The notes under the pieces were generated by a model. It had not been told where the DNA came from and searched no databases. It worked only from the letters and a program-made list of their open reading frames with translations. This document shows, one piece after another, positions 8,296 through 16,382 of a stretch of DNA of 57,976 nucleotides; position 1 is the first letter of the stretch, and each line of letters starts with the position of its first letter. Origin of the DNA: a virus (Duplodnaviria; Caudoviricetes); the IMG/VR virus record IMGVR_UViG_3300028878_000001, positions 1 through 57,976 of that record; one strand, 5' to 3'. A program made the position numbers and the translations under genes.

Positions 8296-8436
8296 CGTCG
8301 GGGCTGTGGCCAAGGTCAGGCGAGCACACCGGTAGCCGCAAGGCGCCGGCAGTGGTCAGGCTGAGGGGACACCCCTAGCACCGATCGGGCAGGTGACCCG
8401 GTCCTGGGGTTCGACTCCCCAGCACCCCCGCCGACG
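8296..8436 (+). ncRNA. tRNA-like structured RNA candidate, no recognisable anticodon arm
   Basis: 5' GGGGCTG TG GCC AAGGTCA GGC (D-arm like); GNRA hairpins GCC-GCAA-GGC and AGGG-GACA-CCCT; T-arm CTGGGG-TTCGACT-CCCCAG; closing CGTCGG/CCGACG. Confidence 0.55.
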
Positions 8437-8456
8437 CTAGATTCTAGAATCTAGCG
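8435..8456. promoter_or_regulatory. 22-bp perfect AT-rich palindrome between convergent units
   Basis: CGCTAGATTCT/AGAATCTAGCG. Confidence 0.6.
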
Positions 8457-8542
8457 GCCGGTGTGGCCTGCGGGTCCAAGTCGGGGCGCCACGGCGGGGC
8501 AGTCTCGCGGGATACCCCGTTCGCCTGTCCCCGGGCCGGCTC

Positions 8543-10132
8543 CTACCAGATCCGGGGGGTCTTGGCCTTCTCGGGTTCCAGCAGGGCCCCGTCCTCCACC
8601 GCGCGGCCTCTCGCTTCGTAGGCGAGGATGGCCGCTACCGCAGTGTCGATCCGGGCCGTCCGCTTCCGCTTCACGATGCGGAGGAAGAACGCCCCCAGAC
8701 TGTCGGGGTCGTCGCCGGGGGCCGGGTCGGCATCGCGGGGGGCCTTGCGTTTGCCCTTGGCCAACGCCGAATTCTTGATGTGGCGGGTGAGGGTGGGGTC
8801 GCCGTCATGCGACAGCTCGCCAGCCCGGAACGCGGTGAGGAAGCGGCTGAGGGCGGCGTCCATGCGGGCTTCGGAGTTGGTGGCCAGCTCGACGATCTTC
8901 TTGGGCCACAACCCGGCCCACTTGTCGAGGTAGTCGGTCCAGCGATACGGGTCGCAGAACACATACCAGACGTCGTAGGCGTCCATGACCTGGGCCATGG
9001 TCGCGTCGACCTCGCCGGAGGGGACACGCCAGTCCAGCGGCGCGTCGGCCGGCCGTTCCCACGTCTTGATGGGGAACAGGCGGCCGTCGCGGATGCGGCA
9101 GGCAACCAGGGCAGTGCAGTCTTGGGTCTTGCTGCCATCGAACCCACACGCGATCCGCTCCCCGGCGACCAGGGGGTCGCCTGGGAAGCCGCGGGTGTCC
9201 CAGGCGACCGGGTCGACCAGGTCGCGGTCGCCCACGGTGACCAGGGTGAGGAAGTAGCGGCGAGCATCGGCCGGGCTGGTGGAGGGGTCGAGGATCTCGG
9301 CGATGATCCGGTCCAGGTTCACCCAATGGCTGTCGCCGTAGCAGTGCCGCAACGCACGTCGGAGCTCGCCGCGGTTGTGCAGCGACACGGTGGGGTCGGG
9401 GGCGGGCCGCCAGTCCAGGTACACGTCGGGGGCTTTGGCGCGGTGGGTCCGCTGCGCAACCGAGTCCTCGGACGGGTCGTAGGCATTCGAGATCTCGGCC
9501 CAGCGGCCGTCCATCCCGGCCAGGTTCCGTTTCAGGTTGGAGGCCAGGGTGTGGCCACCCGACGCGCGGGTCCACAGATGCGGCTCCCCGAGGACCGCGA
9601 AGGTGATCCGCGCACCAAGGCGCGAGGGGGCGGCTGAGCTGACCGGCTCGATCAGCCCGCCGGAGGGGAGGTTGATGCGGGTCTGCCCGACATCCAGGCC
9701 GGGGGTGCCCGAGAGGGGGCCGTCGGCAAGCATGGTGAAGATGGGCCGCCAGGTGTTGGCGGTCTGGTCCTCGGAGACGGCGGCGACCTGGATCCAGGGG
9801 GTCGGCCACGGGCGGCCGGCCGGCTCACCGGTGTCGGTCCAGTGGTCGAACAGCACCGGGGCCAGGGCCTCGGCGCACACCATCGCCGCAGCCAGCGGAT
9901 CCTTGCCCCACTTCTGCGAGCGGACGAGCTGGCTGCCGCGGTAGGCGAAGCGGCCGTCGGCCGGGTTGAGGCGGTAGTGGAAGAGCAGGAACCGCTGCTG
10001 TTCGGGGGTCAAAAGGAAGGGGGCGCCGGCCAGGACCCCATCGGGGACCACCAGCCACTTCTCGATCCAGTCGATGACCAGATACCCGAGGGTGGGGAAC
10101 TCCCCAGGGAAGCTCCGACCACGCCAGGGCAT
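8543..10132 (-). CDS. terL: Terminase large subunit
   Basis: 529 aa; RSQKWGKD (Walker A variant), QVAAVSEDQTANT, GFDGS...DCTAL, RIDTAVAAILA nuclease motifs. Confidence 0.95.
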   Translation of the reverse strand: MPWRGRSFPGEFPTLGYLVIDWIEKWLVVPDGVLAGAPFLLTPEQQRFLLFHYRLNPADGRFAYRGSQLVRSQKWGKDPLAAAMVCAEALAPVLFDHWTDTGEPAGRPWPTPWIQVAAVSEDQTANTWRPIFTMLADGPLSGTPGLDVGQTRINLPSGGLIEPVSSAAPSRLGARITFAVLGEPHLWTRASGGHTLASNLKRNLAGMDGRWAEISNAYDPSEDSVAQRTHRAKAPDVYLDWRPAPDPTVSLHNRGELRRALRHCYGDSHWVNLDRIIAEILDPSTSPADARRYFLTLVTVGDRDLVDPVAWDTRGFPGDPLVAGERIACGFDGSKTQDCTALVACRIRDGRLFPIKTWERPADAPLDWRVPSGEVDATMAQVMDAYDVWYVFCDPYRWTDYLDKWAGLWPKKIVELATNSEARMDAALSRFLTAFRAGELSHDGDPTLTRHIKNSALAKGKRKAPRDADPAPGDDPDSLGAFFLRIVKRKRTARIDTAVAAILAYEARGRAVEDGALLEPEKAKTPRIW

Positions 10133-10611
10133 CAGCCGGTGTCTTGGGCCCGGACCCGCGGCCGGGCCGGCGGGGGCTCAGGCGCGGCCGGAGGCATAGA
10201 GGCAGGAGGGGGACTCTCGGCCGTCTGCGGCTCAGGGGGTGTGGGGTCGGCGACGATGTCCCAGCGGAGCCGGGCCAGCGCCATTGGTGTCAGGCCAAGC
10301 CTGTCCTCAAGTTGCCGCAGCTCAGCCAGCGCGGACGTGGCCACATCGGCGGGCACACCAACCTCGGCGGCGACGGTCCAGCGCACGTACCTGGCGACGA
10401 CCCGGGCCAGCCCGGCGCCCATGTCGGCCCAGGCGACCGCCTGCGGGCTTGCCCACAGCTCAGCCCACAGCTGGGCCTCGGGGTCGCCGGCGGCCTGGAG
10501 CGGCCAGGGTGGGGGGGGACCGGGGCGGCCGGCGGCCGGGAGCAGACGAGCGGCCGGGGTGTGGTTGCGGCGGCGGCGGGATGCTTCTGGTGCTGGGGGG
10601 GGACCGGGCAC
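10132..10611 (-). CDS. terS: Terminase small subunit, actinophage type
   Basis: GTG start; PGPPP..RRRRN, WAELWASPQAVAW, ELRQLEDRLGLTP.AL.RLRW; stop overlaps the terL start. Confidence 0.88.
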   Translation of the reverse strand: MPGPPPAPEASRRRRNHTPAARLLPAAGRPGPPPPWPLQAAGDPEAQLWAELWASPQAVAWADMGAGLARVVARYVRWTVAAEVGVPADVATSALAELRQLEDRLGLTPMALARLRWDIVADPTPPEPQTAESPPPASMPPAAPEPPPARPRVRAQDTG

Positions 10612-10623
10612 AATGGCCTCGCG

Positions 10624-10836
10624 ATGACAGGGGATGGCGGCTTGATGCCGGCCCGGTTGCGGCTCCAGGTCACCCGGGGCCGCCAAGGCACCGATGGGAC
10701 GCTGGTGGTGGCGATCCCCTCCCCTGACGACGTCGACGGGGTGGCGGTGGTCGAGACGACCTTGGAGGCCGGGCGGGCCGCGGCGGCGTTGTGGCTGGAT
10801 GCCGTGTTCACCTGGTCCAAGTGGCGCCGGGGGTGA
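10624..10836 (+). CDS. Hypothetical protein (about 70 aa)
   Basis: Divergent from terS; GTGA coupling to the next ORF; start uncertain. Confidence 0.4.
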   Translation: MTGDGGLMPARLRLQVTRGRQGTDGTLVVAIPSPDDVDGVAVVETTLEAGRAAAALWLDAVFTWSKWRRG

Positions 10837-11036
10837 GCGGCCTGGACGACGGCGAGGGGGACGCGCAACAGTGGGGGCGCTGCCACGACTGCGGCGCCGC
10901 CCGGGCGGTGCGGGTGGTCATGCGATCCGAGTCGCAGCAGGTGACCATCCCAACCGACAACATCCCGGTGGGGTCGGCGTGGCCGGAGCTGATCTTGACC
11001 GAACGCTGGTGCCCGGTCTGCGGGCAGGTCGGGTGA
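10833..11036 (+). CDS. Small Zn-ribbon protein (67 aa)
   Basis: CHDC...CPVC; GTG overlaps the upstream stop. Confidence 0.55.
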   Translation: MSGLDDGEGDAQQWGRCHDCGAARAVRVVMRSESQQVTIPTDNIPVGSAWPELILTERWCPVCGQVG

Positions 11037-11160
11037 CTGGCCGCGGACTGGCCGCCGGGGGGAGTGGCTGGCCGGTGACTGGCCCCCGGGGAGTGGTTGG
11101 CCGCCTACTGGCCGGGCGGGGGAGCCCCCGGGAGGCCCCCCTGGCCGGTGACTGGCCGGC
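11033..11160 (+). repeat. Non-coding array A of paired YTGGCC direct repeats at 11-bp spacing
   Basis: TGGCC starts at 11038/11049, 11069/11080, 11098/11109 and 11142/11153; separated by G/C runs. Confidence 0.8.
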
Positions 11161-11191
11161 GCCGGGAGGCACGGAGAGGCTGTGCCAGCGG

Positions 11192-11368
11192 CTACTGTCC
11201 GCCGGCGACGAACCGGAGCCGGGTGGCGGCGTCCTGGAGGCGTCCTTCGAGGCGGGCGTGCCAGCCCGAGTGCTGGTCGCGGTCGACCACGTCGACCCCG
11301 CAGCCGTCGGCGCCGGCGCACACATAGCCGCCCAGCGAGGTTGGGTGGGGCTCGAACTGGATGATCAT
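11192..11368 (-). CDS. Small C2H2-like Zn-finger protein (58 aa, absent from the ORF track)
   Basis: Hand translation [41 protein letters not shown]...; ATGA overlap and GGAGG RBS. Confidence 0.6.
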   Translation of the reverse strand: MIIQFEPHPTSLGGYVCAGADGCGVDVVDRDQHSGWHARLEGRLQDAATRLRFVAGGQ

Positions 11369-11574
11369 GTGGCCTCCAGGAGCCGGGTCAGGCGTTTCCG
11401 TTCATCGACAGCCCGGTAGCGGCCGGTGTCGAGGCGGGCGAGCTGCTGCGCCGGGGTCCGCGCGGCGGCTGCGGCCTGCCGGGCGGCGGCCCGATCGCGG
11501 CGGGCTTGGCGGCGTAGATGGCGGGCACGGCGTTTGAGGTAGGCCGGCTGGTTGTAGTCGGGGTCAGCGGGCAC
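11365..11574 (-). CDS. Small basic helical protein (69 aa)
   Basis: GTG behind GGAGG; [11 protein letters not shown]...ERKRL resembles a recurrent phage hypothetical. Confidence 0.6.
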   Translation of the reverse strand: MPADPDYNQPAYLKRRARHLRRQARRDRAAARQAAAAARTPAQQLARLDTGRYRAVDERKRLTRLLEAT

Positions 11575-11641
11575 CAGGGGCCTCCGGAAAGGTGACAGAC
11601 TGTCCGGCGCGATCGGGTCGCCGACAGGAAAGGGGCAGGAC

Positions 11642-12133
11642 ATGGGGCGTGTGCGCTGGTTGACCGTTGTGGTGCTGGTGGTGGGGTTGCTGGTGGTGTT
11701 GCCGGGCGGTGTGGGGTTGGCCGCGAGCGTCCATTTCAAGAACCAGCAGCCCCCGGTGTTTGTGGATCTGGGGACCACGCTGAACGTCAGCGGTGCGCTG
11801 GCCGGCCTCGGCAACGGGGATGTCACGGTCACGGTGACGGCCACCGCCGACCCGTCGACCACCTGCACCAACCAGGGCGGCACCCAGGCACCCGGTCAGA
11901 ACCCAGGCGACGTCACTGTCAGCGGCTCCCAGACGATCCCAGCCGCCAAGATCAAGAACGGCAACGTCGCATTCGACGTGACGACCCTGGAGCCGGCGCA
12001 GCCGACCTGGGATCAGGCTGGCTGCCCGAACCCGAACTGGACCGCGCAGATCACCGACCTCGCCTTCACCAGCGCCACGGTCACTGTCGTCCAGGGCGGG
12101 GTGGTGGTGTTGCAGGAGACCTTCGCCCTGTAG
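11642..12133 (+). CDS. Secreted beta-rich protein (moron-like)
   Basis: Signal peptide [28 protein letters not shown]; two Cys; GAAAGGGG RBS; opposite strand to neighbours. Confidence 0.8.
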   Translation: MGRVRWLTVVVLVVGLLVVLPGGVGLAASVHFKNQQPPVFVDLGTTLNVSGALAGLGNGDVTVTVTATADPSTTCTNQGGTQAPGQNPGDVTVSGSQTIPAAKIKNGNVAFDVTTLEPAQPTWDQAGCPNPNWTAQITDLAFTSATVTVVQGGVVVLQETFAL

Positions 12134-12137
12134 TGGC

Positions 12138-12473
12138 TCAGCCGCCGAGGGCGGTGGCGAGGATCCGGTCGACCCGGCCGCGTTCCACGGTCAGGGCCTC
12201 TTCGAGGGCGTCGACGCGGCCGGCCTGCTGACCGGGCCGGGCGGCACCGGGGGCGGCCGGCAGGACCAGGTCGCGGAGGATCCAGTCGGGCAGCTCCAGC
12301 AGCGGCGGGTCGTCATGGACCATGGCCGCGTCGCGGGTCTCCCACCGCAGCTGGCCGCTGGCGGGGTCGCGGACGGCGACCTCGTACAGGCCGGCCCCGG
12401 CTCCACCGCGAACCAGATGCAGGGCCCAGGTGAGGGTCATGGGGTTGTCGCGCCAGATCGCCCGGGTGTCCAT
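12138..12473 (-). CDS. Hypothetical protein (111 aa)
   Basis: Coupled to the upstream ORF through TGATG. Confidence 0.55.
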   Translation of the reverse strand: MDTRAIWRDNPMTLTWALHLVRGGAGAGLYEVAVRDPASGQLRWETRDAAMVHDDPPLLELPDWILRDLVLPAAPGAARPGQQAGRVDALEEALTVERGRVDRILATALGG

Positions 12474-13009
12474 CAGCCGTTCAGCGCCAAGACCGCGACG
12501 ACGCCACCGACGACGGTGGCGATGACCCCGGCGACCGCCAACAGCAGCCCGGTTGAGCTGGCGGCGCCTTGGGCTTTGCCTTCGGCGAGAGTCAGGCGGT
12601 TGGTCAGGTCACTGAGCTGCTTGCTCTGGGCGGTCATGGCGGTGTCGTAGGTGTCGCGGCTCACCAGCAGCCGGTCGCGGTCGGTCATCGCGCCTCGCCA
12701 CTCGTTCGCGGCGGTGCGCCACTCCTGGGACTGGGTCTCCAGGATCGACGCGGCCCGTTCCTGCGCGGCCAGGGCGGCGCCGAGGGCGCGGTCCTGACCG
12801 GCGATCGACGCGACCAGCTGCTTCTCCAGCCCCGTGACCGACGCGTCGGTCTGCAGACGTTCGGCACCGAACCGCTCGTCGATCCGGGTTGAGCGTTCCT
12901 CCAGGAACCTGGCCCGCTCCCCCGACAGCACCTCGATCAGATGGGCGTTGGCGTCGAGTTTGGCCTGCACCCACGCCTTGAGGTCCGCCAGCGTCGACGG
13001 GTCAGCCAC
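12473..13009 (-). CDS. Coiled-coil protein with C-terminal membrane anchor
   Basis: Long heptad-like region ending GLLLAVAGVIATVVGGVVAVLAL. Confidence 0.7.
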   Translation of the reverse strand: MADPSTLADLKAWVQAKLDANAHLIEVLSGERARFLEERSTRIDERFGAERLQTDASVTGLEKQLVASIAGQDRALGAALAAQERAASILETQSQEWRTAANEWRGAMTDRDRLLVSRDTYDTAMTAQSKQLSDLTNRLTLAEGKAQGAASSTGLLLAVAGVIATVVGGVVAVLALNG

Positions 13010-13129
13010 GACGACGCTCGCCGGCGAGGGCGGTCAGGTACAGCCCAGTGTGGTACAGGTGCAGCGCCAGGGCTTCCAGGAGGCCGGTGCCGGCGAGCGC
13101 CCCGACGGTCTGGTGGAGCAGGTCGAAGA

Positions 13130-13666
13130 TCAGCATGGCCAGCTTCCGGTGTAGTCGCGGCTGGAGGTCCGCACCGCCACCGGGGGCCCGAAGTTGGGGG
13201 TGCCGACCGGGATGGTGGACTGGGGGAAGGTCTGCCAGTCGGTCCAGGTCACCGAGAGGGTCCGGGCCGCATAGGCGGGGGGGCGGAGCCACAGCCAGCG
13301 GGTCAGGCGGCGGCCGAAGCGGGGGCGGCTCAGGCCGGGCCCGGCCCACATGAGCCGCAGCGACCAGCCGAGCACCCGAGGGTGGTCGTGCTTCCAGTGG
13401 TCCCACCAGCTGGCCGGAACCCGGTCGGTGGCCGTCTCGGTGTGGGAGCCGAGCCGCTCGGCGAGCACATGGGCGGTGAGGTGGTAGCTGAGCCGGCGGG
13501 CCATCACGTCGGCGGTCACGTCCAGGTCGGCGTCGGCCAGCAGCTGGCCGGTGACAGACTGGGTGGCGGCGACCCGGAGGCGTTCCAGCACCCGGCCGGT
13601 GAAGGCAACCGCCCGATCCTCGACGGGGCGGGCGGTGAAGTGGTCGGGGGACCACACGCTGATCAT
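13130..13666 (-). CDS. Hypothetical phage protein
   Basis: Likely start MISVWSPDHF overlapping the upstream stop; VPASWWDHWKH motif. Confidence 0.55.
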   Translation of the reverse strand: MISVWSPDHFTARPVEDRAVAFTGRVLERLRVAATQSVTGQLLADADLDVTADVMARRLSYHLTAHVLAERLGSHTETATDRVPASWWDHWKHDHPRVLGWSLRLMWAGPGLSRPRFGRRLTRWLWLRPPAYAARTLSVTWTDWQTFPQSTIPVGTPNFGPPVAVRTSSRDYTGSWPC

Positions 13667-13928
13667 CAGGCTGCCTCGCTGGCGGGTTCGGTCGTATGTT
13701 CGACCGGGCCGGTGGGGAGCCATCCGCCGGGGGCGAACGGGGCCCGGCGGGCGGCGCGGGTCTCGGCGACCATGCGGGTGTGCTGGGTGGTTTGGCGATG
13801 GGCCCAGTAGGTGGTGAACTCGATCCCGCACACACAGGTCTGCGGCGGCTCCCCCGGCCGCCGCTTGGGCCCGAAGCTCAGCGGCCGCAGCACCGTGGCC
13901 CGCTCGCGGACCATCGGCCGGCGGCGGC

Positions 13929-14240
13929 TCATGAGCCAACCTGCTGGCCATCCAGCCAGACGAACTCGACCAGCGGCCGATGCAGCCCGCAGCGGGTGCA
14001 GTAGGTGCCGCCGTAGAAGTCGGGCTGGCGGGCGTAGGTCTCGGCGATCGCCGCGCCCATGCTGGTGACCTTCTGGCACGGCAGATGCTTGTAGGCCTCC
14101 CGCAGCGGCCGCACGAACCCCTTGGCGCGCTCAGCCTCCGACAGCACCAGGTACACCTCGGCCTGGTCGACCGGGGTGAGGTCGGGGCCGTGGGTGAGGC
14201 GCGGGTCCGAAGGGTCGGTGGTGACGCCGGGGCTGGTCAC
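13929..14240 (-). CDS. Conserved Zn-binding hypothetical protein (103 aa)
   Basis: YLVLSEAERAKGFVRP..Y.H..C...T.M..AIAETYAR.P.FYGGTYC..C....P..EFVW. Confidence 0.75.
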   Translation of the reverse strand: MTSPGVTTDPSDPRLTHGPDLTPVDQAEVYLVLSEAERAKGFVRPLREAYKHLPCQKVTSMGAAIAETYARQPDFYGGTYCTRCGLHRPLVEFVWLDGQQVGS

Positions 14241-14461
14241 TGGGCCTCCTGCAGGGGGCTCTGGTCGGCGGCGAGGGCTTCCAGCTCCCAGTCGGCCAGG
14301 TCCTCGCCGACCAGCTCGTCATCGAGGTCGTCGTTGCTGTCGAAGCGGGGCATCGGCAGCGACCACCAGTAGGCCGGGTCTTCCTCGTGGGGTTGGCCGT
14401 CGCAGCCCAGCAGGCAGGGGTCGGTCAGGTCCTCCGCTGGGGGCAGAGACAAGATTGCCAT
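14237..14461 (-). CDS. Small acidic protein (74 aa)
   Basis: GGAGG RBS; D/E-rich C-terminal half. Confidence 0.55.
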   Translation of the reverse strand: MAILSLPPAEDLTDPCLLGCDGQPHEEDPAYWWSLPMPRFDSNDDLDDELVGEDLADWELEALAADQSPLQEAQ

Positions 14462-14665
14462 CGGTTTCCTCCGATAACGCCAGGTCAAATGGGGTGCGCC
14501 CGGATCGGGCGGATCGGGCTCGGGTTGCTCGGTATCCCGTACGAACCGCGAGGTACCAATCTCGGGGGTCACAGGCAGGGTCGGCCGCGAAGTTTCAGCC
14601 CCACCCCGGCCGCGTCGGGCCGGCGTGCGGTGTGCGCGGGCGGGGCGTGGTAGGGTCTGCGGCGT

Positions 14666-14739
14666 CGCGGGGTAGTGCAGCCTGGTAGCACGCCGGACTC
14701 ATAATCCGGAGGTCGGGGGTTCAAATCCCCTCCCCGCCA
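14666..14739 (+). tRNA. tRNA-Met(CAT), initiator-like
   Basis: Full cloverleaf: CGCGGGG/CCCCGCC acceptor with C1xC72 mismatch, GTGC/GCAC D stem, CCGGA-CTCATAA-TCCGG, GGGGG-TTCAAAT-CCCCT, discriminator A; followed by CCG, so CCA is not fully encoded. Confidence 0.93.
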
Positions 14740-14743
14740 CCGT

Positions 14744-14944
14744 TCAGCGGGCCCGCCAGCCAAGCAGGGTCACGGTGTTGGTGGCGACGGCACGCACGTG
14801 GTGGTGGCCGTCGCTGTCGACCAGCTCCACGCTGAGGGCCCGGCCGGCCTCGTGGTACAGGCTGACTTGGGTGGGGCCGAGCTCGACGGTGACCCGGCCA
14901 GGGCCAGGGTCAGCCACGGTCAGGCGTTCGATGCCATCCACCAT
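14744..14944 (-). CDS. Hypothetical protein (66 aa)
   Basis: TGATG coupling to the dioxygenase gene; ends 4 nt from the convergent tRNA. Confidence 0.45.
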   Translation of the reverse strand: MVDGIERLTVADPGPGRVTVELGPTQVSLYHEAGRALSVELVDSDGHHHVRAVATNTVTLLGWRAR

Positions 14945-15819
14945 CAGCCAGCAGCCGCCAGGCGGCGTGCGGTCTGGGTGTCAGCCAACTGCTGGGCACG
15001 CTGGGCCTCAGCCTCGGCGGTGCCGCAGGCGACCATCTTGGTGCGGTAGTAGGCCACCACACTGATCCGCTCGGCATCCTCAGACAGGGGGGTGAGGGTG
15101 GTGTTGCCGTGCCACTCATGGGCGTCCATCAGCAGCAGATCCCCGTCCTGCATATCCACGCCGACCCGGTACTCGGGGAACAGGAAGATCCCCCCGCTGT
15201 AGGTACCCCGACGCAGCACGGTGAGGTTTGAGAAGCCAGCCTCGAGGTCGCCCTTGTCGGTGTGGACCCCGGTGGGGTAGGTGTTGTTGACGGTGATGGT
15301 GGTGAAGGGGGTGCCGGGGATGACCCAGTCCGGCTCGGTGCGGGCCACCTGGGCCATCTGCGCGGCGTAGCGGTCGGGGACCAGCGCAGCGAACTCCTGA
15401 CCGATGGCCTGGAACAGCGGGCGCAGCTCAGCGAACCGTTCGGTCTCCCGGCCGGTCCAGGCGGTCAGGCGGCAGAAGTGGTAGGGGCTGGAGCGGTTGT
15501 AGGCACCGATGATCGCTGAGCTGGTGGGTTTGGTGTAGGTGCGGGAGCCGGCGTACATCCGCACCCGTGGTGTCCCCGAGGCCAGCCCGCGGTTGGTGGT
15601 CTTCTCCGAGCGCAGGCTGTGGAGGGTCGGGTAGGAGGCCTCCAGGAGGGCGGGGGGGAACGCGTGCTTGCGGTAGATGCACAGGATGGTGCCGTCGGGT
15701 TTGCGGACCAGCGTGTCCCTCGTGAGCAGGACGTTGTAGTCGTCGTCGGTGCAGACCTTGCCGATCTTGTCGTCCAGCTCGGCACCACTTACCCGAGAGC
15801 GGATGCGTAGGTCGATCAT
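14944..15819 (-). CDS. TET/JBP-family 2OG-Fe(II) dioxygenase
   Basis: Start MIDLRIRSR (ATGA overlap, GGAGG); FTTITVN.T.PTGVHTDKGD (HxD), LLMDAHEWHGNT (distal H), ERISVVAYYR (2OG-binding R). Confidence 0.9.
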   Translation of the reverse strand: MIDLRIRSRVSGAELDDKIGKVCTDDDYNVLLTRDTLVRKPDGTILCIYRKHAFPPALLEASYPTLHSLRSEKTTNRGLASGTPRVRMYAGSRTYTKPTSSAIIGAYNRSSPYHFCRLTAWTGRETERFAELRPLFQAIGQEFAALVPDRYAAQMAQVARTEPDWVIPGTPFTTITVNNTYPTGVHTDKGDLEAGFSNLTVLRRGTYSGGIFLFPEYRVGVDMQDGDLLLMDAHEWHGNTTLTPLSEDAERISVVAYYRTKMVACGTAEAEAQRAQQLADTQTARRLAAAG

Positions 15820-16382
15820 GGGGTCAGTCCTCCTGGCCAGCACAGCGCCCGCAGATCCTCCGCGGCGCCGGGCCCACCCAGCCGGAGTGCCTGGTAGGCG
15901 TCGGCGAGGTGGGCGGTCTTGGTGATCCGTCCCCGGATCCACCGTTCGTTCTGGGCACGCCAAGGGGTTCGTGCGGCGCGGCGCTGGGCGGCGACGGCGG
16001 GGGGTGTTGCCAGCAGCACCACCTGCAGGTCGATGCCGACCGAACAGCAGATGTCGAAGAAGCGGGCGTTGGCGAGCCGGTCTCCTTCGGCAACGACCAG
16101 CCGGTAGGGGTGGCCGGCGATCCAGGCTTGCGCGGCCGGTTGGATGCTCATGCTGAGGGCGTCGGTGCCGCCGAACAGCTCGCGGGAGCGGCCGAGGTGG
16201 GCGCCGACGACCCTGCCGCTGGAGCAGCCCACAGGGCGGCTCAGCAGCTCATGCGGCACCGGAAGACGTTGGGGGGTGCGCTGGAGCCCGGCGAGGGCCT
16301 GGTTGAGCAGGGTGGTTTTGCCGGCGCCGGGCTCACCGATCACATACACCAGCCGCGTTGGAGGGGTCACCGGAGGGGTCAC
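15816..16382 (-). CDS. P-loop nucleotide kinase, putative 5hmdU-DNA kinase
   Basis: VIGEPGAGKTT, FGGTDALSMSIQP, VAEGDRLAN..F, RAQNERWIRGR.TK; inside the modification operon. Confidence 0.85.
   Translation of the reverse strand: MTPPVTPPTRLVYVIGEPGAGKTTLLNQALAGLQRTPQRLPVPHELLSRPVGCSSGRVVGAHLGRSRELFGGTDALSMSIQPAAQAWIAGHPYRLVVAEGDRLANARFFDICCSVGIDLQVVLLATPPAVAAQRRAARTPWRAQNERWIRGRITKTAHLADAYQALRLGGPGAAEDLRALCWPGGLTP

Noticed and set aside
8072-8432. Full-length tmRNA ending at the 8.4-kb T-arm
   Set aside because: The candidate 5' end lies inside ORF 7900-8178, G3-U70 and ACCA are missing, and no tag reading frame was recognised.
8300-8432. tRNA-Sec or intron-containing tRNA
   Set aside because: No clean 8-bp acceptor, no TCA anticodon loop, and no group I core motifs seen.
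11033-11160. Repeat arrays A and B as CRISPR arrays
   Set aside because: Repeats are 6-12 bp and degenerate with no unique 30-40 bp spacers; no cas genes are present.
14666-14739. tRNA as a host integration site (attL/attR)
   Set aside because: Phage genes continue on both sides, no integrase is nearby, and no duplicated tRNA 3' end was noticed.
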